A DNA stretch of 64,000 nt from an uncultured Trueperaceae bacterium (GTDB lineage Bacteria > Deinococcota > Deinococci > Deinococcales > Trueperaceae), in the NCBI GenBank assembly GCA_963727505.1, contig CAVSGP010000002.1, positions 64,001 to 128,000 of the forward strand, in the 5' to 3' direction. The notes under the pieces are model-generated. The model had not been told where the DNA came from, did no database searches, and was given only the letters and a program-made list of their open reading frames with translations. Shown here piece by piece: positions 52,805-64,000 of the stretch; the first letter of the stretch is position 1, and the number at the start of each line of letters is the position of its first letter. Position numbers and translations under genes: made by a program.

Positions 52805-53692
52805 TCAGGTCTCCGCGACCACCTCGACGCCGGGCCCGACCGGCGTTGGCGCCGTGAAGCGCTGCTCGAAACGCCGCTGGAACTCACGCCAGGCCGGCTC
52901 TCCGTGCGACCGGCCCTGCTCCTCGCACCACATCAGGAACGGGACCAGGTACGAGCGCGCATTGCGGAGCTCCTCGAGGAAGATCCGCGCGCTCAGACCG
53001 CCCTCCTCGAGATACCCGCTCGCCGCGAAGGCGTGCAGCGCCGCCTCCCGGTCGTAGGGCACGCGCCGGAACTGCGGCGTCCAGGCGCCCCCTTCCAACG
53101 TCAGAACCAGGTACTGCGCGCGCGGGTCGCCGTTGAACGGCGACCCGACCGCGCCGCTGTTGAGAACCAGGTAGTGGCCCCAACGACGCTGCAACGGGCG
53201 GTGGGTGTGGGAACCGACCAGCACGTCGGCCGGGTGCATCTGCGTGATCTCCGAGATCGCCTCGTCGGTGAGGTACTTTCCGTAGCCCTCGCGGTAGTGG
53301 CGGGGGCTGCCGTGCGAGATCAGCAGGCTCGGCGCGCCGGCCGTGGAGATGCGCAGCGTCATCGGCAGGTGCCGGATCGCCTCGATGAGACCGGCATCCT
53401 GCAGATGCCGGGCCGCCCATCCCGTGCTGGCCCAGAAGGGGTCGTCGAACCACTCTCCCGGCAGGTCCGGGTCGCGTTCGACCCACATGCGCATGAGGTC
53501 GTCGTGGTTGCCCAGGGTATCGCCCGTCGGCCGCTCTTCCAGCAGCCGCATGGCCGCAACGTTGGCGGGGCCGCGGTTGACCACGTCGCCGTTGACCACC
53601 ACACGATCGACACCGAGCGCGTCGATGTCCTCCAGCACAGCCTCTAGGGCCGGAACGTTGGCGTGGATGTCGGCGATGACGGCCACTCTCAC
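52805..53692 (-). CDS. Calcineurin-like metallophosphoesterase
   Basis: DIHAN, GDVVNRG, GNHD, HGSP, SHTH, NSGAVG. Confidence 0.9.
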   Translation of the reverse strand: MRVAVIADIHANVPALEAVLEDIDALGVDRVVVNGDVVNRGPANVAAMRLLEERPTGDTLGNHDDLMRMWVERDPDLPGEWFDDPFWASTGWAARHLQDAGLIEAIRHLPMTLRISTAGAPSLLISHGSPRHYREGYGKYLTDEAISEITQMHPADVLVGSHTHRPLQRRWGHYLVLNSGAVGSPFNGDPRAQYLVLTLEGGAWTPQFRRVPYDREAALHAFAASGYLEEGGLSARIFLEELRNARSYLVPFLMWCEEQGRSHGEPAWREFQRRFEQRFTAPTPVGPGVEVVAET

Positions 53693-53780
53693 GGTGGACC
53701 ACTGTACCAGGGGCCCCGCCACCGCCGGATCCCAGCAAGGGTTCGAAAAGCCACGGATGACGTCCGCCCGCCAACCTACA

Positions 53781-54791
53781 ATGGTGCTTCGTCCCGTGGA
53801 AGCCCTCGCCCTCCTCATCGCCACCCAGCCCGACCGCTCGACGACACTGCAACAGGCGCTGTCGAGCGCAGGCTGGCAGGTGGTGGCGGCGACCGAGCCT
53901 CAGGAGGCGCTCCGGCGCTTGCGCTCCGGCGGACTCGCGGCCGTGTTCTGCGACCACTACCTGCGGGGCGCGAGTCCCGGCGGGTTCTTGGCATGGTGCC
54001 GGCGCATCGCTCCGGGCCTGCCCTTCTACCAGTTCGCGACCGACCCGAACACCTTTCGCAAGACCTTCTATACCCCGGATGCGGTGCTGGCCTTCCCGCC
54101 CGAGACGGGCCGGATCCCTCACCCGCCGCGCGGCGGCGCCGCGTCCCATCCAGCGGAGGAATCCGGCGTGCCGCTCATGGGTGACACCGCAACGATGCCG
54201 TTGGGCGGGCTGCTCGACATGATGGCGGTCGTGGGGCAGAGCGCCGTCATCCGGGTGACGGGCGACGTGGAGGGGGTCCTGGTCATGGACCGCGGCGTGC
54301 TGCAGCACGCGGAGGCCGGCGCAGGCGTGCTGGGCGTGCGGGCCGTGGCCGAGCTCATCGCCGCGCGCGACGCCTCGTTCCGGGTCGAGGACTACGCCCC
54401 GCCGCCCCGGCGGACGCTCAGCCTGCCGACCGGCACCGCGCTCACCGAAGCCGCCAAGCTCGCCGACGAGCTGGCGCGCGACCGCTCGCTGGTGGAGCGC
54501 GCGCGCCGGCACCTGCCCGATGCCCACGCTGTCGTCGCCGGCTACCCGCTGACGCCCGCAGGGATCGTCGGGGAGGGCGACATGCGCGCGGCCTTCGACC
54601 GGGCGGCGCGGCTTCTGGAAGTCAACCGGACCGGGGTCGGCCGCTTCACGCACCTGTGCCTCGAGACCGACGAGGGCGCCATCGCCATGGTGGTGTACGG
54701 AGACGGGCGCATCCTGGCGGCGACCGGGCCGCGCGGCAAGAGCCTGCGCCTGATGACGGCACTCTCAGCGGCGCTAAGAACCGCGGGCTGA
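53781..54791 (+). CDS. Receiver-like / DUF4388 (PatA-N)-like / roadblock-like signalling protein
   Basis: N-terminal REC-like segment (AVFCD), LMGDT...LGGLLDMM pattern, C-terminal roadblock-like strands; start may be GTG 53796. Confidence 0.55.
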   Translation: MVLRPVEALALLIATQPDRSTTLQQALSSAGWQVVAATEPQEALRRLRSGGLAAVFCDHYLRGASPGGFLAWCRRIAPGLPFYQFATDPNTFRKTFYTPDAVLAFPPETGRIPHPPRGGAASHPAEESGVPLMGDTATMPLGGLLDMMAVVGQSAVIRVTGDVEGVLVMDRGVLQHAEAGAGVLGVRAVAELIAARDASFRVEDYAPPPRRTLSLPTGTALTEAAKLADELARDRSLVERARRHLPDAHAVVAGYPLTPAGIVGEGDMRAAFDRAARLLEVNRTGVGRFTHLCLETDEGAIAMVVYGDGRILAATGPRGKSLRLMTALSAALRTAG

Positions 54792-54798
54792 CGCCGGC

Positions 54799-55626
54799 TC
54801 AGCCCAGCGCGTCCTCAGCGGCCCGGCGCATCACGTCCACCGGGGCTTCCCGACCGAACCAGCGTTCGAACGCCAGCGCACCCTGATGGATCAACATCGG
54901 CAGACCGTTCTGGACGGTCAAGCCAGCGGCCCGTGCACGGGCCAGCAGCGGCGTCTCGCGCGGCCGGTAGACCAGATCCACCACCGCGCCCTCCTCCGGC
55001 AGCATGCCCACGGACAGCGGCGACACGCCTTCGGCGGCGCCCTCCATGCCGGCGGCGGTGGCCTGGACCAGCAGGCGCGCCGAGCGCACCGCCGCCTGCA
55101 GAGCGCCCTCGTGTGCCACGGTCAGTGCGCCGCGCCCGGCCAGGTCGGTCGCCAGACGCTCGGCGCGCTCGCGCGTGCGGTTGTGGAGCGTCACCCGGGC
55201 ACCGGCCTGCAGGAGCGCGAGCGTCACAGCACGAGCCGCCCCGCCGGCGCCCAGGACGACGGTCGGCAGACCGGCCGGCGTCACGCCCAGCTCCGCAAGC
55301 GCCCCCATGAACCCCTCACCGTCGGTGTTGTCCCCCACCAGGCCGCGCGGTGTCGGCACGACGGTGTTGACCGCCCCGACGGCGCGAGCGACGTCGGTGA
55401 GGCCGTCCAGCAGGGGCATCACCGCCTGCTTGTGAGGGATGGTGACGTTGGCGCCCGCCACGTCGGTCGCCCTCAGTCCCGCCACCGCCTCGGCCAGCGC
55501 CTGCGGCGGGACATCGATGGCGAGGTAGCGAGCGTCGATGCCGCACGCACGCAGGGCGGCGCCCTGCATCGCGGGACTCAGCGAGTGCCCGGCAGGGTGG
55601 GCGAGCAACAGCACGCGCTGCGTCAT
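54799..55626 (-). CDS. aroE: Shikimate dehydrogenase
   Basis: HSLSP, NVTIPHK, AVNT, NTDGEG, GAGGAA, NRT, QGA..FE.W. Confidence 0.95.
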   Translation of the reverse strand: MTQRVLLLAHPAGHSLSPAMQGAALRACGIDARYLAIDVPPQALAEAVAGLRATDVAGANVTIPHKQAVMPLLDGLTDVARAVGAVNTVVPTPRGLVGDNTDGEGFMGALAELGVTPAGLPTVVLGAGGAARAVTLALLQAGARVTLHNRTRERAERLATDLAGRGALTVAHEGALQAAVRSARLLVQATAAGMEGAAEGVSPLSVGMLPEEGAVVDLVYRPRETPLLARARAAGLTVQNGLPMLIHQGALAFERWFGREAPVDVMRRAAEDALG

Positions 55627-55642
55627 CGCTCGGGCGCAGCCT

Positions 55643-56674
55643 TCAGGCGGTCGCGACCGGCCGCGCCTGCCGGCGCAGCACTTCCAGGGCACGATCGACG
55701 TCCTCGTCGGTCACCTGGTGGTGCGTGGCCAGCCGCACGCGGCCCGGACCGACGGCGTTGAACCGCACCCCCTGCTCCGCGCAGCGCTCGGCGAATGCCG
55801 GCGCGTCGGCGACAGCCAGATAAACCATGTTGGTCTGTACCGTCTCCAGGTCGATCTCCACGCCCGGCACATCCGCCAGCCCCTCGGCCAGACGGCGGGC
55901 CCGGGCGTGGTCCTCGTGCAACCGCTGCGGCATGGTCTCCAGGGCGTGGAGTCCGGCCGCGGCCAGCACGCCGGCCTGGCGCATCCCACCCCCCAGCATC
56001 TTGCGGTAGCGGTGGGCGCGATCGATGAACGTACGGCTCCCCAGGAGCACGCTGCCCACCGGGGCGCCCAGGCCCTTGCTGAGGCAGATCGATACCGAGT
56101 CGAAGCCGGCACACACCTGGTCGATCCCCACCTCGAGCGCAGCCGCCGCATTGAAGGCGCGCGCGCCGTCCAGGTGCACCGGCAATCCCTCGTCGTGCGC
56201 GAGCTTGGCGATGGCACGGCTGACCTCGAGCGGCACGACCGTCCCGCCGGCGCCGTTGTGGGTGTTCTCCAGCGAGATCAGGCCCGTCGGGGCCTGGTGC
56301 ACGCTGCGGTGGATGGCCGCGCGAACGTCCTCGACCCGCGGCACGCCCCGCGGCGCCGGAACCAGCCGGGGGACCAGCCCGCCCACGACCGCCAGCGAGG
56401 CCAGCTCGAAGTCGTAGATGTGAGCGCCCTCGGGAGCGATCACCTCCACGCCGCGCTGCGTGTGGGTGGCCAGTGCCACCTGGTTGCTCATGCTGCCGCT
56501 GGGCATGAAGAGTCCCGCCTCGAAGCCGGCGCGCTCCGCCAGGCTGCTCTGGAGGCGGTTGACGGTGGGATCCTCTCCGTAGACGTCGTCCCCCACCTCG
56601 GCCTCCGCCATGACCCTGCGCATGGCGGGCGTGGGCGTGGTGACGGTGTCGCTTCGTAGGTCGATGACGCGCAT
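55643..56674 (-). CDS. ltaE: Low-specificity L-threonine aldolase
   Basis: [44 protein letters not shown]; leaderless TACAAT. Confidence 0.95.
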   Translation of the reverse strand: MRVIDLRSDTVTTPTPAMRRVMAEAEVGDDVYGEDPTVNRLQSSLAERAGFEAGLFMPSGSMSNQVALATHTQRGVEVIAPEGAHIYDFELASLAVVGGLVPRLVPAPRGVPRVEDVRAAIHRSVHQAPTGLISLENTHNGAGGTVVPLEVSRAIAKLAHDEGLPVHLDGARAFNAAAALEVGIDQVCAGFDSVSICLSKGLGAPVGSVLLGSRTFIDRAHRYRKMLGGGMRQAGVLAAAGLHALETMPQRLHEDHARARRLAEGLADVPGVEIDLETVQTNMVYLAVADAPAFAERCAEQGVRFNAVGPGRVRLATHHQVTDEDVDRALEVLRRQARPVATA

Positions 56675-56755
56675 GGCGGCATTGTATCCCCGCGCCTGGC
56701 GTGCGCCCCCGGTCGACATGCACGCTTCGCGGCCCGAGGATGCCGGCCCCTCTGC

Positions 56756-57721
56756 TCAGCCGGCCTCGAACGCCGCAGCGTAGCTGCACAGCGTCTCCAG
56801 ATCGACGTTCCCGCCGCAGATCACCAGCACCAGCCGGGCATCGTCAGGGATGCGCCCCTCGCGGCGCAGGCGGCGCGCGGCTGCGACCGTGCAACCGGCC
56901 GCCAGCTCCGCCGTGACCTTGGCGCGCTCGAGCAACCACCGCGAGCCCCGGTACGCCTCCGCATCGGAGACCACCACGACGTCCTGCGCACGTCTCCGGA
57001 CTACGTCCAGGGCGAGATCGCAAGTGGTGGGGGCCCCGAGCGTGCGCGCCAACGAGGTCGGTTCCATGCTGACCGGCTGCCCCGCCGCCAGGGAACGCGT
57101 CATCACGTCCGCTCCCTCGGTCTCCACGCCCCACAGCCGGATCGCCGGCAGCCGCTCCGCGAGGGCCGTGGCGACGCCGCCGAAGAGCCCACCGCCGCCG
57201 ATGCTGACGACGGCGTCGGTGGCGTCCGGCAGGTCCTCGGCGATCTCGAGTCCCAGCGTGCCGTTCCCCGCCATCATCGCTTCGGGCGCGAACGGATGGA
57301 GCTGCACCCAGCCGTCCTCCCGGTAGCGCTCGCTGCGTTCGAACGCGGCCGGGATGCCGGGCGTCAGCTCGACCTCGGCGCCGTACCCGCGGGTCGCCTC
57401 GACGTAGTTCGACGGCGTGGTCTCGGGCATCAACACCCGGCAACGCACGCCCAGCTCGCGCGCGGCGAAGGCCGCACCCTGTGCGAAGTTCCCACCGCTG
57501 ACGGCGACCACGCCGCGCTCGCGGGCTTCCGGAAGGACCTCCAGCAGCTGCGCGAACGCCCCGCGCGGCTTGAACGAGCCCGTCTTCTGGAACAGCTCGA
57601 GCTTGAGCCACGCCTCGCACCCCAGCTCGCGGCTCAGGGTATCGCTGTGCTCGATGGGCGTGCGGCGCACGTAGGGCGCGACCCGTTCACGGGCGGCCTC
57701 GATGCGTGCGAGATCCAGCAT
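56756..57721 (-). CDS. PLP-dependent threonine/serine dehydratase (no ACT domain)
   Basis: Own GGAGG RBS before MLDLAR; QKTGSFKPRG, SGGNF, GGGGL, CGGN; in frame with trmFO in this assembly. Confidence 0.88.
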   Translation of the reverse strand: MLDLARIEAARERVAPYVRRTPIEHSDTLSRELGCEAWLKLELFQKTGSFKPRGAFAQLLEVLPEARERGVVAVSGGNFAQGAAFAARELGVRCRVLMPETTPSNYVEATRGYGAEVELTPGIPAAFERSERYREDGWVQLHPFAPEAMMAGNGTLGLEIAEDLPDATDAVVSIGGGGLFGGVATALAERLPAIRLWGVETEGADVMTRSLAAGQPVSMEPTSLARTLGAPTTCDLALDVVRRRAQDVVVVSDAEAYRGSRWLLERAKVTAELAAGCTVAAARRLRREGRIPDDARLVLVICGGNVDLETLCSYAAAFEAG

Positions 57722-57759
57722 GCGATGCTCCTCCGAATCCCCGCTCCGCCTCGGCGCCG

Positions 57760-59107
57760 TCAACCGGCCACGGCCTCGCCGCTGGCCCGCCCCGAGCGCC
57801 TCGGCCAGCCAAGCCTCGAAGGACGCGAGGCCGCGCCGGTACATCGCCGTGCGGCGCTCCTTCCTGCCCTGCCCCTTGCGCTTCGGCAGCATCGGCACCA
57901 GGCCCCAGTTGGCGTTCATGGGCTGGAAGTTGTCGGGGTTGGCGCCCGCCAGGAAACGCACCAGACCCCCGAGCATGCTGTCCTCGGGAGGCACCACGCC
58001 CTCCAGGCCGAGCGCCCGCCGGGCGGCGTTGGTGCCCGCCAGCCAGCCGGTCGCCGAGGACTCGAGGTAGCCCTCGGTGCCCGCAAGCACGCCGGCCGTG
58101 AACCAGTCGGGGTGCTCGCGGAAGGTCAAGCTCGGCTCCAGCAGCCGCGGCGCGTTGAGGTAGGTGTTGCGGTGCATGACGCCGAAGCGCACGACGTCGG
58201 CCTGCTCGAGCCCGGGGATGGCGCGCACGACCTCCTTCTGGTCACCCCACGCCAGACCGGTCTGGAAGCCCACCAGCGACCACATCTGGCCGCGCGCATC
58301 CTCCTGTCGCAACTGCGCCACCGCGAAGAAGCGGTCGCCGGTCTCGGGATGCTCCAGGCCGACCGGCTTCAGAGGACCGAAGCGCGGGGTGTCGTAGCCA
58401 CGCCGCGCCAGCTCCTCGATCGGCATGCAGCCTTCGAAGAACTCGAGCTTCTCCCAATCGTGGGGCACGTGCTTGCGCGCCGTCGTGAGGAGCTCGTAGA
58501 AGGCGTCGTAACGCTCCTTGGTGAACGGCAGGTTGAGGTAGTCGGCCGCCTGCCCGTAGCGCCCCTTGCGGAAGGCGATGTTCATGTCGACACTGTCGAC
58601 GTCGATGACCGGCGCCGCCGCGTCGTAGAAGCCCAGGAAGTCCGTGCCCAGGCGCTCCTTCAGATCAGCGGCCAACGCGTCGCTGGTCAGCGGCCCGGTG
58701 GCCAGCACCACGATGCCCTCGGGCAGCGCCGTCAGCTCACCGGTGTGCACGGTGATCGAAGGATGCCCGCGCACCGCCTCGGTGACGCCGCGGCTGAACG
58801 CCTCGCGGTCGACGGCCAACGCGCCGCCCGCAGGAACGCGGCAGGCGTGGGCCGTGGTCATCACCACCCCGCCCGCGGCGCGCATCTCGGCCTGCAACAG
58901 CCCCTTGGCGTTGCTCTCGCCCTCGCCACCGAAGCTGTTGGAGCACACCAGCTCGGCGAAATCGCCGGTGTGGTGGGCGGGAGTCATGGCCACGGGGCGC
59001 ATCTCGTGCAGGTGCACGTGCACGCCCAGGCGCGCGGCGGCGAGCGCCGCGTCGCTGCCGGCCATGCCGGCTCCGATGACGGTGATGGAGGGCCGGGACT
59101 CGCTCAT
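57760..59107 (-). CDS. trmFO: Folate/FAD-dependent tRNA U54 methyltransferase (stop out of frame by one base in this assembly)
   Basis: GAGMAGS, ELVCSNS, FYDAAAP, FFEGCMP, RFGVMHRN, PMNANWG; leaderless TACACT. Confidence 0.93.
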
Positions 59108-59159
59108 GCCGCGAGTGTAACAGCGCGCCCGTCGGGCACCGGTCCGCCCCGACGCACGC

Positions 59160-59243
59160 GAACCACCCCGCGCTGCAGGGTGGTCCGTGGGTCGCTCTCA
59201 GGCGCTCAGGGGGGGACGCCAAGCCGAGCTTCCTGTTCGGCTC
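59160..59243 (-). ncRNA. Candidate small RNA with three hairpins and a C7 loop
   Basis: TAGATT -10 at 59255-59250; hairpins at 59243-59221, 59220-59201 (CCCCCCC loop) and 59184-59162. Confidence 0.35.
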
Positions 59244-59405
59244 ATCCACAATCTACGCCGCCATCAGGAGAGCGCGATGACCGGGAGGTGAAAAGGCTGA
59301 GCGGGATCGAAGCGGCGCGCGCAGCGACACCTCGTCGGGTCCGAGGGGTCGCGAAGTCGCGCCGTCGTGCCGGGCCGACTAGACTGGGCCTGGACGGGAG
59401 GCGCC

Positions 59406-59909
59406 ATGCAATCCACCCCATCGGCAGGCTCGATCCAGGAGGCCATCCCCAACAACCACTGCTGGGGCTGCGGCACCCTGAACCCGGACGGCCTGCACAT
59501 CCATAGCCACTTCGAGGGCGATACCTCGGTGTGCGTGCACGTGCCGGACGACGCCTTCATGGCCGGTCCCACGCACGTGCTCAACGGCGGCATCCTCGCC
59601 ACGTTGGTCGATTGCCACTGCGTCTGCACCGCCATCGCAGACGCCTACCGGAGCGAGGGCCGCGCCGTGGGCGAGCCGCCGGAGATCTGGTACGCCACGG
59701 CCAACCTGTCGCTCGACTATCGGCGCCCCACACCGCTCGGCGGTCCCGTCACGCTACGCGCGCAGATCATCGAGCGCTCGGCGCGCAAGCGCGTGCTGCG
59801 CTGCCACGTCGAGGCGGGCGGGGAACGCACGGTGGAGGCGACCGTGGTCGCGGTGCGCGTACCCCCCGCGTGGCGGGAGACCCACGGGCATGGTGGGGGT
59901 CGCTTGTGA
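59406..59909 (+). CDS. PaaI/hotdog-fold thioesterase
   Basis: CWGCG..NPDGL, LNGGILATLVDCH, YRRPTP; GGGAGG RBS. Confidence 0.85.
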   Translation: MQSTPSAGSIQEAIPNNHCWGCGTLNPDGLHIHSHFEGDTSVCVHVPDDAFMAGPTHVLNGGILATLVDCHCVCTAIADAYRSEGRAVGEPPEIWYATANLSLDYRRPTPLGGPVTLRAQIIERSARKRVLRCHVEAGGERTVEATVVAVRVPPAWRETHGHGGGRL

Positions 59910-60934
59910 ACAACCGGGCGCTGCGCAGTCGCAGGTTCGTCACGCTGCTGGCGCTCGGGGCCGCCACGCTGCTCCAGACCGCGCTCGCGCAGAGCGCGCC
60001 CGCCTGGCGCGCCCTCTACCGCGGCACGGCGGGGAACGCGCCGGCCGTGCTCGAGCTCACGCTGCAGGGCCAGCAGGCGAGCGGCCGGCTTCTGCTCAAC
60101 GGCCGCGCAGTCACCCTCGGCGGCCAGGGCACCGTGGACGCTTCGGGCGGCGTGCGTCTCACGCTCGAGGACTCCGGCGGCGCCGAGCGCGGCGTGCTGA
60201 GCGGGAGCCGCTCGCTTGCTCCCAACGACGCCGGTCGGACGTTCCAGGGACAGCTCGTCCTCGACGGCGCCTCCGACCCCCTCACGATGCAGCGCGTGGC
60301 ACAATTCGTGGACGTGGACGTGCGCGAAGGTCCCATCCACGCGAGCCTGCGCTACCCGAGCTTCGCGGCGGGGCCGCTGGCGGCCCTCGATCCCTCCATC
60401 GAGCCCGCGGCGCGGGCTTCCCTGACCGCTTTCGTCGACCAGGGCCGGAAGGCGCAGGCCGCGGGCGAGCTGTTCCACGGCTGGGAGCGGATCACCACGA
60501 CCCGGGTCGAGGGCATGGCGGGCCCCTTCGTCAGCCTCCTGAGCCGGACCTACACCTACACCGGAGGGGCGCACGGCAACGACACCTACAGCGCGCGCAC
60601 CTGGCGCCTGGGCGCGCCGCAGCCGCGCGAGCTGCGGCTGTCCGACCTGTTCAGGCCGAACGCCCCCTACCTGGCACGCCTGGTCCCGCTGGTGCTGGCC
60701 GACCTGAAGGCGCAAGACGCCACCTGGGTCGTCGACGGGCAGGTGACGACACTCGGCGCGGCGGACCTGGCGCTGTTCACGCTCACGCCGGCCGGTCTGA
60801 CGTTCACCTTCCCTCCTTACGCCATGGGGCCCTACGTCCAGGGCGCCTTCACGGTGACCGTCCCCTACCACCGCGTGCTCGACCTGGCGCTACCCGCAGG
60901 CGCCCTGGCTGCCTTCGCGGGCACGGGGCCCTGA
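59906..60934 (+). CDS. Secreted DUF3298/RsiV-like protein
   Basis: Signal peptide, YTYTGGAHG, LSDLF, FPPYAMGPYVQG motifs; GTGA overlap. Confidence 0.75.
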   Translation: MNNRALRSRRFVTLLALGAATLLQTALAQSAPAWRALYRGTAGNAPAVLELTLQGQQASGRLLLNGRAVTLGGQGTVDASGGVRLTLEDSGGAERGVLSGSRSLAPNDAGRTFQGQLVLDGASDPLTMQRVAQFVDVDVREGPIHASLRYPSFAAGPLAALDPSIEPAARASLTAFVDQGRKAQAAGELFHGWERITTTRVEGMAGPFVSLLSRTYTYTGGAHGNDTYSARTWRLGAPQPRELRLSDLFRPNAPYLARLVPLVLADLKAQDATWVVDGQVTTLGAADLALFTLTPAGLTFTFPPYAMGPYVQGAFTVTVPYHRVLDLALPAGALAAFAGTGP

Positions 60935-61162
60935 GCCGGACCGCCCCGGTTCCGGCGCTCCGGGTGGCCGGCGCTCCGGAGGCCTTGCGAGCGCAGATCG
61001 ACGGCGCACGCCGTCCCTTCGAAGCCGGAGCGCGGCCGCCGCCGTCCAACGGCGCTTGCCAGCGCACGCCCCTCGAAGTAGCCTGAAGGGCGTGCCGGAC
61101 GCCTTCCCCGCGCCCCTTCGGGCGCCACGGGACGGTGCCGCGGCCAACCCCCGGGAGGTTGC

Positions 61163-63061
<1,899 letters not shown>

Positions 63062-63070
<9 letters not shown>

Positions 63071-64000
63071 GCTGCGACGCCGCGGCCGGAGCCGCTGCAA
63101 CAGCGCCAGGATGAGGGCGAGCAGGATCAGTGCTCCACCGAAGCCCAGCACGATGAGGTGGTCGCGCAGCGGTATGGACCACACGTCGGCGGGCAGCGAG
63201 GTGGCGAGGTAGCGCGCCCCGGCAGCCAGGCCCCCGAGCACGCCGAACTGCGCCAACGAGGCCTGGGGCGGCGCGGCCGCGGCGTGCAGCGATGCCAGGC
63301 GGCTCAACAGGTAGGTCCCGCCGGCCGCGCCCAGCGCGATCGCGAAGCCGGCGTACGCCAGCCGCTGCAGCCCGGCCGAAGTGACGAGCAGCAAGATGAG
63401 GAACAGGAGCGACAGGCCGCCGGCCAGCCAGGTCCAGGTCCGGTAGCGGGCGTGGGCAGCCGACGAGAAGGCGTTCAGAACCGGCGCCACCCGCTCCACC
63501 TTGGTCTTCTGGTCGCTGCGCGTCATGAGCGCCACGATGGCGGTCGAGCCCTGGTCGTAGTTGCGCTGGGCGAGCGCGTCGAGCACCGCCGAGTCGGCCT
63601 GCTGCTGGCTCAGGCCGGCGAGCTGGGAGGCGGGCAGCAACCCGGCCAGGCTCTCGCTCTTCTGCTGGTCGCCCTGGACCGCAGCCTTGGCCTCGGACAG
63701 ACGCGACGCGATGGCGTCCTGGTGACCCCGGAAAACGGTGGCGTAGAAGCTGTGAAGGCTTCGCGGCACGGAGTCCTGCAGCGCCTGATCGAAGCGCGCG
63801 CGCAGGTTGGTGTTGACCACCTTCTGTTGCGTCGCCGCCAAGCCGTCGGCCAGCACGCCGTCGGCCAGCTTGGACACCACCATCTCACCGATCTGGCGGT
63901 TGGTCATGCTGCGGAGCTGAGCGGGCGGAGCGTACACGAACACGCCGACGATGGGCTGAACCTGCTGGCCGGGGTTGTCGGCCGCCTGCTTGGGCCAGTC
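63062..64000 (-). CDS. Partial hypothetical membrane protein (5' end outside window)
   Basis: Frame stays open to the window edge; soluble helical region followed by 3-4 TM segments. Confidence 0.65.

Noticed and set aside
59242..59250. DnaA-box-like TCATCCACA
   Set aside because: A single mismatched copy with no cluster or AT-rich unwinding region.
59190..59300. Glycine-riboswitch-like words (CTCTCAGG, GGAGAG)
   Set aside because: They are in the wrong order and the CCGAAG core is missing; no complete aptamer can be built.

Overview
A high-GC bacterial chromosome segment, most likely Deinococcota (Truepera-like). The lineage call is inferred from many leaderless genes with a TANNNT -10 box 5-7 nt before the start, a Thermus-type PaaR/paaABCD operon without paaE, bshB1, a type-2 IPP isomerase and a DR2231-like MazG protein. 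It carries about 55 CDS and no rRNA, tRNA, CRISPR array, transposase or integrase that I can support. Main blocks: a DsrE-TusA-SQR sulfur operon; signalling and transport genes; 2-oxoacid:ferredoxin oxidoreductase; a stand-alone recA; an E1 alpha/beta pair divergent from paaR-paaABCD; a translationally coupled type III PKS-methyltransferase-FAD monooxygenase-UbiA prenyltransferase operon; then housekeeping genes (fni, plsY, bshB1, hslO, coaD, meaB, xylB, holA, comEA/comEC, sodA, dsbA/bdbC, aroE, ltaE, trmFO, htpG). The most unusual signals are (1) a sharply bounded ~870 bp recA core with strong cytosine avoidance on the coding strand, unlike any neighbouring gene; (2) the four-gene prenylated-polyketide operon; (3) a probable phenylpyruvate-to-phenylacetyl-CoA feeder module beside paa; (4) a candidate ~85-nt sRNA with a C7 loop; and (5) an apparent trmFO-threonine dehydratase fusion that a single G in a homopolymer explains. 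All calls come from reading motifs; no database searches were run.
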